Shown here piece by piece: positions 16,094 to 24,500 of a stretch of DNA of 42,592 bases. Positions within the stretch are counted from its first letter, which is position 1. The number at the start of each line of letters is the position of its first letter. The stretch covers positions 1 through 42,592 of the forward strand of contig DASWQM010000196.1 in assembly GCA_036403675.1 (NCBI GenBank), written 5' to 3'. The notes below the pieces were generated by a model. It did no database searches, had not been told where the DNA came from, and saw only the letters and a list, made by a program, of their open reading frames with translations. A program made the position numbers and the translations under genes. The DNA comes from Solirubrobacteraceae bacterium (GTDB lineage: Bacteria > Actinomycetota > Thermoleophilia > Solirubrobacterales > Solirubrobacteraceae).

Positions 16094-17866
16094 CTACGTC
16101 TCCTGGAGCTCGAGCGTGCGCAGGATGCTGATCGCCAGCTGCGCCTCGAAGCGATCGCGCTGGCGTGCGAAGTCGAGCTTCGCGAGGCCCTGGACCTTGT
16201 CGAGCCGGTAGCGCACCGTCTTCGGATGCACGAACATCGCCGCCGCCGTGCGCTGGAGGTTGCAGTCGTTGGCGAGGAACGCCTCGATCGTGTGCGTCAG
16301 GTCGCTGGGATGGTCGCGGTCGTAGTCGAGCACCCCGCCGAGGACGCGGCGCGCGAACTCGCGCAGGTCGCCACGGTCGCCGGGGGCGAGCAGGAAGCGC
16401 ATGACGCCGAGCTCGTCGAGCACGGCGACGTGATGGCAGCCCACATCCGTCGGCGCCGCGTTGAGGGCGACCTGCGCCTGGGCGAGCGCCTCGGGCAGGT
16501 CGGCGATGTCGGCGGCGCACGCGCTCACCCCGGCCGCCACGTCGATCTCCGGGAAGCGCTCGCCGAGCCGGTCGACGACGGCCTCGACGCTGGCGCGCGG
16601 ATCGTCGGTGGCGGGCAGCAGCAGCGCGATGAGCGAGCCCCGCGCCGCCGCCAGCGCGGCCTCGCCGCCCTGCGCCGTCGCGGCCCGCTCGGCGACCTGG
16701 GCGAGCGACTCGCGCAGCGCCAGCTGCGGCAGCGCGCCATCGCTCGACGCGTGGCGCGGGCGCGCCTGCGCGCGGATGAGCGCCACCCGCACCTTCTCCG
16801 GCAGCTCGAGGCGCAGCGCGCGCGCCCAGACGAGCGCCTCGGCGACGTCGGCGATCTTGCCGTCGAGCAGGTCCCAGAGGAAGTCCCCGCGGACCCTCGT
16901 GCGAGCCTGTAGCACCGCGCGCTCGCGCGTGAGCTCCAGCGCGCACATGATCGTCGCCTGCTCGACGAGCACGACGTCGAGCGGCACGGGCGGGTGGCGC
17001 AGCGCGACGCCGAGGTAGCCGAGCCGCTCGCCCCCGGCGAAGACGTCGCGGACGAGCAGGCGGTCGTCGGCGACGGGCCGGGGCGCCGCGATGCGCGCCG
17101 CCATCCGCGACTGGAGCGCCAGCCCCGCGGCACCGCTGGCGGCCATCACGCGGCAGCCGGTGTCGAGCGTCGCGACGTCGGCATCCAGCAGCCGCGCGAC
17201 GCCGTCGACGAGATCGGTGAGCGCGACGTCCTCCAGCACGAGCCGCATGAGCTCGTCGTGGACCTCGGTGGCGCGCTGCAGGACCTCGTTCTGCGTCTCG
17301 AGCCGCTGGTTGACGATCTGCAGGCCGTCGACGGTGCGGCGCTGCGCCTCGTAGAGCCGCGCGTTCTCGACGGCGATCGCGGCGAGGTTGGCGAGCGTCG
17401 TCATCGCCTGCACGTCGGCGGCGACGTAGGCGTCGGGCTGTCGCCGCCAGCTCATCGCCACGCCGATCGCGCGGCCGCGCACGGCCATCGGCGCGCCGAG
17501 CGCCGCCCGCGTGCCGTCGGCCTGCGCGATGTCCGCGAAGTCGCGCGAGATCCGCTGGTCGGACTGGTAGTCGTCGACGCGCACCGGGCGCCCCTCCTCG
17601 AAGACCTTGCCGGCGACGCCCTGCCCGCGGCCGACGACGAGGCGCGCCGTCCCGACGGTGCGATGTCCCGTGCAGGCCTGCATCCGCAGCGTCTCGCCGG
17701 TCTCGTCGGCGAGCAGGATGCCGGCGATGTCGGCGTTCGTCGTCGCGACGACGGCGTTGAGGACCGACAGCAGCGTGGTGTCGAGCTCGAGCGAGCTGAG
17801 GATGTCGGCGGCGACGCGCCCGAAGGCGCCGAGGCGTCCGGCCTCCAGGGTTGCGACGGGACCCAT
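16094..17866 (-). CDS. GAF-domain / PucR-family transcriptional regulator
   Basis: 590 aa. The N-terminal region is GAF-like (LLSVLNAVVATTNADIAGILLADETGETLRMQA...GVAGKV). The C-terminal PucR helix-turn-helix (HTH) is NLQRTAAAMFVHPKTVRYRLDKV. The stop lies 3 nt before the next gene's start. Confidence 0.85.
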   Translation of the reverse strand: MGPVATLEAGRLGAFGRVAADILSSLELDTTLLSVLNAVVATTNADIAGILLADETGETLRMQACTGHRTVGTARLVVGRGQGVAGKVFEEGRPVRVDDYQSDQRISRDFADIAQADGTRAALGAPMAVRGRAIGVAMSWRRQPDAYVAADVQAMTTLANLAAIAVENARLYEAQRRTVDGLQIVNQRLETQNEVLQRATEVHDELMRLVLEDVALTDLVDGVARLLDADVATLDTGCRVMAASGAAGLALQSRMAARIAAPRPVADDRLLVRDVFAGGERLGYLGVALRHPPVPLDVVLVEQATIMCALELTRERAVLQARTRVRGDFLWDLLDGKIADVAEALVWARALRLELPEKVRVALIRAQARPRHASSDGALPQLALRESLAQVAERAATAQGGEAALAAARGSLIALLLPATDDPRASVEAVVDRLGERFPEIDVAAGVSACAADIADLPEALAQAQVALNAAPTDVGCHHVAVLDELGVMRFLLAPGDRGDLREFARRVLGGVLDYDRDHPSDLTHTIEAFLANDCNLQRTAAAMFVHPKTVRYRLDKVQGLAKLDFARQRDRFEAQLAISILRTLELQET

Positions 17867-17921
17867 GTGCGGACTCTAGTCCCCTTGGGTTGCTCTCCGA
17901 AAGACAATCGAGCAGCGGGGC

Positions 17922-17939
17922 TTTGTCCGCGCGAGCAAA
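17922..17939. promoter_or_regulatory. Imperfect 18-nt palindrome TTTGTCCGCGCGAGCAAA in the divergent intergenic region
   Basis: 14 of 18 positions are self-complementary (TTTG..CGCGCG..CAAA). It sits in the lower-GC 130-nt gap between the PucR regulator gene and the 2-KPCC gene. Confidence 0.25.
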
Positions 17940-17996
17940 CGAGACGACCCTGTATCGCACGTACGCTGGCGACACCACAGCCACGAGGAGGACGAC

Positions 17997-19547
17997 ATTC
18001 CCGAGCTTGACGTCGTCGGCTGGCGGTCCGCCATCGAGGATGCGCTGGGCCGTCCCGGCGCAGCCCCGATCCTCAACCTCGACGACGACGGCCGGGGGCC
18101 GTACGACGCGATCTTCGTCGGCGGCGGCGCCGCCGGGCGCTTCGGCGGCTCCTACCTGCGGGCGATGGGCGGGCGCGCGCTGATCGTCGACCGGTGGCCG
18201 TTCCTCGGCGGCAGCTGCCCGCATCAGGCGTGCGTGCCCCACCACCTCTTCTCCGAGGCGGCGGCTCTGCTCGACCGCGCGCGGTGGTTCTCCGGCGAGC
18301 TCTTCTTCCCCCCGTTCGACCCGGCGCGCGCGAGCATCCTGCAGCTCGTCGAGCTGTTCCGCGCCGGCCGCTCGACCGCGCACGCCTTCATGAACTGGCA
18401 GACCCAGGTCCAGCTCGAGGTCGAGTTCGTCCTCAACGCGGAGGCCGAGATCCTCGACGCCAACCGCGTGTCGGCGGCCGGCCGGACCTTCGAGGCCCGC
18501 AACCTCGTCATCGGGCTCGGCGCCTTCCAGAAGCCGCTGGAGATCCCGGGCGCCGACCTGCCCGGCGTGCACGACTGGGCGACGCTCGTCGAGGACCTCG
18601 ACTACGAGCCGACGCGCTGCGTGATCATCGGCGGCGGCAAGACGGCCGTCGAGTACGGCTCGTTCTTCCAATCGACCGGCTGCGCGACGACGATCGTCTC
18701 GCGCGCGCCGGTCATGCGGACGCGCAGCCTGCACCACGTCGACGAGGACATCCGCCGCTATGTCGTCGACGGCATGCGCGCCCGCGGCATGACGCTGCTC
18801 GAAGGCGCCCGCGTGATCGCGCTCGAGGGCGACGGCGTGGTCGAGCGTGCGCTCGTCAGCCATCCCGACGGCCGGGTGGAGGCGATCGAGTGCGACTTCG
18901 TCTTCAACTGCACCGGCGAGCGCGCCAACAGCGAGGCGGCCGTGCGCGCGCTCGGGCTGGCGACCGGTCCGGGCGGAGAGATCCTCGTCGACGACCGGAT
19001 GCGCACGAGCGTCGACGGCGTCTACGCCGCAGGCGACGTCATCGGATCGCCGATGGAGATGTTCAAGGCGCGCAAGTGCGGCATGACGGCGGCACGCAAC
19101 GTCATGGGCGAGGACTACACGTTCGACTTCAGCGAGTACCCCGACTTCCTCCACACGACCTACGAGGTCAGCTGGGTCGGGCTGAGCGAGGAGGAGGCGC
19201 GCGAGCGCCACGACGACATCGCGGTGATCCGCATGCCGCCCAAGGGGCAGGAGCGCGACAACCCGCTGCCCTGCGCCGAGGGGACGATGCTCTACGCCTT
19301 TGCCAAGCCGGAGCTCTCCGGCCTGCAGAAGTGCATCGTCGACTCCGGATCTCGGCGTATCATCGGTTTCCACCATGTCGGCTACGGGGCCAAGGACGCC
19401 TTCCAGTACCTCGACGCCCTCCTGCGCCGTCCCCAGGGGCTGACGATCGATGAGCTCGGGGAGATGAACGAGCTGTTCCTCAACCCGGAGCACTTCATCC
19501 AGCTCTCGCGCCTGCGGGCCGGACGGCGAGAGCTGGTGGATCTTTGA
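17997..19547 (+). CDS. xecC: 2-oxopropyl-CoM reductase (carboxylating), 2-KPCC-like flavoprotein disulfide oxidoreductase
   Basis: Motifs: YDAIFVGGGAAGRFGGSYLRAMGGRALIVDRWPFLGGSCPHQACVPHHLF, GGGKTAVEYG, PMEMFKARK, YPDFLHTTYEVSWVG, HHVGYGAKDAFQYL and the C-terminal ELFLNPEHFIQLSRLRAG. These closely follow my recollection of Xanthobacter 2-KPCC. The 5' end is uncertain. Homology extends upstream of the first ATG (18165), and there is no in-frame ATG, GTG or TTG after the stop at 17877. I propose the ATT at 17997, which follows GAGGAGGA. Confidence 0.85.
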   Translation: MPELDVVGWRSAIEDALGRPGAAPILNLDDDGRGPYDAIFVGGGAAGRFGGSYLRAMGGRALIVDRWPFLGGSCPHQACVPHHLFSEAAALLDRARWFSGELFFPPFDPARASILQLVELFRAGRSTAHAFMNWQTQVQLEVEFVLNAEAEILDANRVSAAGRTFEARNLVIGLGAFQKPLEIPGADLPGVHDWATLVEDLDYEPTRCVIIGGGKTAVEYGSFFQSTGCATTIVSRAPVMRTRSLHHVDEDIRRYVVDGMRARGMTLLEGARVIALEGDGVVERALVSHPDGRVEAIECDFVFNCTGERANSEAAVRALGLATGPGGEILVDDRMRTSVDGVYAAGDVIGSPMEMFKARKCGMTAARNVMGEDYTFDFSEYPDFLHTTYEVSWVGLSEEEARERHDDIAVIRMPPKGQERDNPLPCAEGTMLYAFAKPELSGLQKCIVDSGSRRIIGFHHVGYGAKDAFQYLDALLRRPQGLTIDELGEMNELFLNPEHFIQLSRLRAGRRELVDL

Positions 19548-20386
19548 GCTCCGACCACGCGCTCACCGGCGGGCAGATCGCCCGCTTCGCCATCAAGCGG
19601 CCCGGCGGCGCCACGCCGGGCTTCCTCGAGCTGCCCGACCGCACGGTCAAGCCGCGCGCCGCCGGCGTCACGCACGTGCTCGACAAGGGGCTGACGCTCG
19701 TGGAGCTCGACGGGCTGCTCGGCTCGGCCGGACCGCACATCGACTTCGTCAAGCTCGGCTGGGGCACGGCCTACGTCTCGGCCGACGTCTCGGCGAAGGT
19801 CGCCCACTGCGATCGCGCGAACGTCGGCGCGTGCCTCGGCGGCACGCTGCTGGAACTGGCCTGGGCGCAGGGGCGCATGGCGCAGTACGTGCACTGGGCG
19901 CACGGCATCGGCGTCTCCTGCGTCGAGGTCTCGAACGGCTCGGTCGGCATGTCCCCCGCCGAGAAGCGCCGGCTGATCCAGGAGCTCGCGGAGGAGTTCG
20001 AGGTCCTCGCCGAGGTCGGCTCCAAGCGGCCGGGACCGGTCGACGTGCGCAGCTGGTGCGACGAGCTGGCGCGCGACCTCGACGCCGGCGCGAGCTGGCT
20101 CGTCACCGAGGGACGCGAGAGCGGCACGGTCGGGCTGTTCGAGCCCAACGGAGACGTGCGCGTGGAGCTCGTGGACGCGATCGCCGCAGCCGTGCCGGTC
20201 GACCGGGTGATCTTCGAGGCGCCGCTGAAGGCGCAGCAGGCGGTCCTCATCCACCTCGTCGGCCCGAACGTCGGGCTCGGCAACATCGCTCCCGGGGAGG
20301 CGCTGTCGGTGGAGACGCTGCGGCGTGGCCTGCGAACCGACACGATCGACCTCGCGCTTCCCGAGCTCGACCGGCTGCCCGTCTAG
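19544..20386 (+). CDS. comA: (2R)-phospho-3-sulfolactate synthase (ComA / XcbB-like)
   Basis: 280 aa. The motifs HIDFVKLGWGTAYV, GGTLLE, VEVSNGS, EVGSK, DLDAGASWLVTEGRESG, IFEAPLKAQQ and VETLRRGLRTDT align with archaeal ComA. The TTG start overlaps the upstream TGA (TTGA). Confidence 0.9.
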   Translation: MSSDHALTGGQIARFAIKRPGGATPGFLELPDRTVKPRAAGVTHVLDKGLTLVELDGLLGSAGPHIDFVKLGWGTAYVSADVSAKVAHCDRANVGACLGGTLLELAWAQGRMAQYVHWAHGIGVSCVEVSNGSVGMSPAEKRRLIQELAEEFEVLAEVGSKRPGPVDVRSWCDELARDLDAGASWLVTEGRESGTVGLFEPNGDVRVELVDAIAAAVPVDRVIFEAPLKAQQAVLIHLVGPNVGLGNIAPGEALSVETLRRGLRTDTIDLALPELDRLPV

Positions 20387-20412
20387 GCGGGAGGCACACG
20401 GCAGCGAATCGC

Positions 20413-20436
20413 GCCGCCGCCGTGACGGCCGGCGGC
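20413..20436 (+). terminator. GC-rich bulged hairpin downstream of comA
   Basis: GCCGCCGCCG-TGA-CGGC(C)GGCGGC lies 27 nt after the comA stop, between convergent genes. There is no U-tract. Confidence 0.3.
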
Positions 20437-20463
20437 ACGATTCACACGTGCGCACGATTCACA
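20435..20463. repeat. Perfect 12-nt direct repeat GCACGATTCACA x2 (20435-20446 and 20452-20463)
   Basis: Read directly from the sequence. The repeat lies in a locally AT-richer patch of the convergent intergenic region. Confidence 0.9.
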
Positions 20464-20489
20464 GGTACCGGATGGCTACCGGGGTCAGC

Positions 20490-20948
20490 TCAGCTGCAAT
20501 TGTGCTGGCCGTGCTTGACCCTCTCCGGCGCTGCGAGCGGCGTCGGGGCGACCAGGACGTTGATCCCGAGGCAATCGCCGTCGTGGTAGTACTCGGTGGC
20601 GGCGATCGCAAAAGCTCCGGCCGAGGCAAGGATCGCGCCCCTACAGACGGTCTTCACGATCGGAAGGTCTACGGGGTCACACGCCGCTGAGGCGATACCG
20701 GTGACGATCCCCGTGACGGTCCCGGCGTTGCGAGTCGTGGCCCGGTTGAGCCGGATCGTGCAGTTGGGGGGCAGCAACCCACAGCTCGTGTCGAATGGCG
20801 CGCTGAGGATCACCGCCTGTGGCTCCGGCGCGTGGCCCGCGGCCTGCTGCCCAGCGCTTGCGGCGGCGGGCCCCCCCAGCATGAGCGGCAGCGCGACCGC
20901 CAGGGCGGCCGCCTTCCAAGACCTGCGTACCGTGTTGCGATCGAACAT
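20490..20948 (-). CDS. Small secreted Cys-containing protein (hypothetical)
   Basis: The ATG at 20948 is preceded by GAAGGAGG. 152 aa, with an RR-containing signal peptide MFDRNTVRRSWKAAALAVALPLMLGGPAAASA and 6 Cys in the mature part. Confidence 0.6.
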   Translation of the reverse strand: MFDRNTVRRSWKAAALAVALPLMLGGPAAASAGQQAAGHAPEPQAVILSAPFDTSCGLLPPNCTIRLNRATTRNAGTVTGIVTGIASAACDPVDLPIVKTVCRGAILASAGAFAIAATEYYHDGDCLGINVLVAPTPLAAPERVKHGQHNCS

Positions 20949-21077
20949 CCGAACCTCCTTCGGGTGGATTTTGTTTCCCCGCACACCACAAGGCGGGGGT
21001 TCACCAAAGGACCCTCAGACTTTTCGACGACCCGCCGGAACCGGGCTACGCCGGCGAGGGCGCCGGCCCGTGACGCG
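20901..21077 (-). repeat. Copy 1 of a ~175-nt duplicated module (vestigial gene 3' end + leader + SD + first ~16 codons)
   Basis: It aligns by eye along its whole length with 22103-22278, with most positions identical. Shared blocks include CGGCGGGTCGTCGAAA, CCCCCGCC, GGTGTGCGGGG, CCCGAAGGAGG and ATGTTC. Confidence 0.8.
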
Positions 21078-21081
21078 CGCG

Positions 21082-21684
21082 CTACCTGGGCGAAAGCTCC
21101 GGACAGCCCGGCGGCAGTCCGGGCGGCAGCGGCTGCGTGCGTACCGGCCGTCCGGCGGGCGTGACCCACACGAGCGCGCGCAGCGGGGCCATGCCGGGGC
21201 CGATCCGCGTCGTGAGCGCGAACACCCGGCGGACTGCCGTCACACTGATCGGCGCCGCGCCGCCGCGCACGAGGCGGACGGACCAGACGGCGTGCGGGAC
21301 AATGCCGAACACGGTTCGTATACCGTGGTTCGCGTTGCAGCGGTCGAAGACGTTGACCGCCCGCCCCGTGCGGATGTCGCTCGTCCGGTAGCAGTGCCAC
21401 ATGAGCACGCGCCCGCGCCGGTTCGCGAACACCCCGCACGCCTGCCCGGCGGTATGCCCGAGACCGACCGAGTACCCCGAGCCAAGTCGAAACAGACGCC
21501 GCGTATGGGCGGGCGGCAGCGCCGTCGCCGGCGAGTCGCCGGCCCGGGCCGTCGACACGCGCGGATGACCGGCCGACGTGACCGGGTCGGCTGACCGACC
21601 CGGATCGCCGGGCGCTCGGCCGCCGCACGCCGTCATCAGCACGGCGGCGGCTGCCAGCCCGGCAAGCGCCGGAGTGCGCTTCAC
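21082..21684 (-). CDS. Putative lipoprotein (hypothetical)
   Basis: 200 aa, GTG start. The signal peptide has a lipobox-like LMTAC. I recognise no family. Confidence 0.55.
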   Translation of the reverse strand: MKRTPALAGLAAAAVLMTACGGRAPGDPGRSADPVTSAGHPRVSTARAGDSPATALPPAHTRRLFRLGSGYSVGLGHTAGQACGVFANRRGRVLMWHCYRTSDIRTGRAVNVFDRCNANHGIRTVFGIVPHAVWSVRLVRGGAAPISVTAVRRVFALTTRIGPGMAPLRALVWVTPAGRPVRTQPLPPGLPPGCPELSPR

Positions 21685-21718
21685 ACGGATCCCAGACGCA
21701 CCGCGGACGCGTCCGCGG

Positions 21719-22150
21719 TTACAGGAGGACCGTCATGTAGAGGGTCTCGCCGCTGTCGGGCGTCGAGGCCTGATCGCGCACGATCGCCGCCGTCTCTCCG
21801 GCACCGTACAGGGACGTGGAGCAGCTTCCGTTTCCGTACCCGATGGACGCCGTGGTGGCGTTGGTCATGCTCCTGATCTGACATGCCATGAAAGCACCGC
21901 TTCGGTTCGCTCCCTTCACGTAGAAGATCCTCCCGGTCTTCGTGAGGTTGCAGAGTTGCCAGGGCACCCCGCCAGGACAGGTGCGCGAGTAGCCGCGGCT
22001 CACCGCAGACGCCTGCGGGACGACCACGGTGAGCCCGAGCACCGCGGTGAGCACGCCGGCGGCGCAGATTCCCATCAGGCGGGTGGTGCGTGCCTGCATC
22101 GTCAAGGCGGCCGCCTTCAAGGACCTACGTACCGAACTGCGATTGAACAT
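21719..22150 (-). CDS. Small secreted protein (hypothetical), unrelated mature domain
   Basis: The ATG at 22150 is preceded by GAAGGAGG. 143 aa, with MFNRSSVRRSLKAAAL followed by a second signal-like segment MQARTTRLMGICAAGVLTAVLGLTVVVPQASA. There are 4 Cys in the mature part. Confidence 0.6.
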   Translation of the reverse strand: MFNRSSVRRSLKAAALTMQARTTRLMGICAAGVLTAVLGLTVVVPQASAVSRGYSRTCPGGVPWQLCNLTKTGRIFYVKGANRSGAFMACQIRSMTNATTASIGYGNGSCSTSLYGAGETAAIVRDQASTPDSGETLYMTVLL

Positions 22151-22278
22151 CGGACCTCCTTCGGGTTTGGGCTTTGTTCCCCCGCACACCAGAGGCGGGG
22201 GCCCACCGAAGGCCCCTCATGATTTCGACGACCCGCCGGATGGAGCTACGCCAGCGATGCCGCCAGCGCCGTGACCGC
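22103..22278 (-). repeat. Copy 2 of the duplicated leader/signal module
   Basis: See copy 1. Its upstream end is the genuine 3' end of the TauE-family gene (stop at 22246-22248). Confidence 0.8.
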
Positions 22279-22970
22279 GGTGACCGCCAGCACGGCGAGC
22301 ACCGCGCGCTCGTAACGCTCGCCGCGCAGGCGGCCGAACGCGCGCCGGCCGAGCAGCTGGCCGGCGAGACCGGCGAGCAGCAGCAGCCAGACCGCGTCTG
22401 GCAGCGCGAACGTTCCGGTCAGCACTAGCGCGGGCAGCCCGAGCACGGCGTGCACGAGGAAGATGGCGGCCAGCGTGTCGCGCATCTGCGCCGGCGACGC
22501 GCCGCGCGCGAGCAGGCAGAAGACGAGCGGCGGGCCGTTCAGCGACGTCGCAGTCGACAGCGCGCCGCCGGTGATCCCCGCCGCCGGAAGCTGCCACGCG
22601 CGCGGGCGTGCGGTCGCGGCCGTGCGCCGTCCCGGCACGCGCAGCGCCAGCCCGCCGAGCACCGCCACCGCGACGAGCCCCGACAGGGCCTGCTCGGACA
22701 GCTCGCGCAGCGCGAACGCGCCGATCGCCAGCCCCGGCAGCGACCACGCCAGCAGCGCCGACGCGTCGCCGCGGCGAACCTGCGGCCGGCGGCGCTCGCC
22801 CGCGAGCGTCACGACGTTCAGCGCCATCGCGACCAGCACGCCCGCCGTCACCGCCTCCCGCGGGCCGAGCAGCGCGAAGAGGATCGGAGCCGACACGAGC
22901 GCGAAGCCGAAGCCCGTCGCCGACTGCAGGGCGGCACCGGCCAAGAGCGCCAGCGCAGCGCCGGCGACCG

Positions 22971-22974
<4 letters not shown>
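22246..22974 (-). CDS. TauE/SafE-family (DUF81) membrane anion/sulfite-type exporter
   Basis: 242 aa and polytopic. The N-terminus LQSATGFGFALVSAPIL is typical of the family. The GTG start overlaps the gpmI stop (GTGA). Confidence 0.75.

Positions 22975-24496
<1,522 letters not shown>

Positions 24497-24500
<4 letters not shown>

Noticed and set aside
14472-19493. A 1673-aa minus-strand ORF in the track, spanning five real genes on both strands.
   Set aside because: It is an artefact of very high GC, which leaves few stop codons in the antisense and alternate frames. Only its last 297 codons (14472-15365) look like a real gene. The rest overlaps clear SDR and PucR homologues and the opposite-strand 2-KPCC homologue.
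20985-21060. The conserved leader as a known riboswitch (ZTP/pfl, ydaO/c-di-AMP or similar).
   Set aside because: GGGTCGT and CCGCC strings superficially recall the ZTP motif. However, I could not reproduce the remembered pfl or ydaO consensus order or spacing. The two copies do not show covariation in a common register. I therefore report it only as an unclassified conserved leader.
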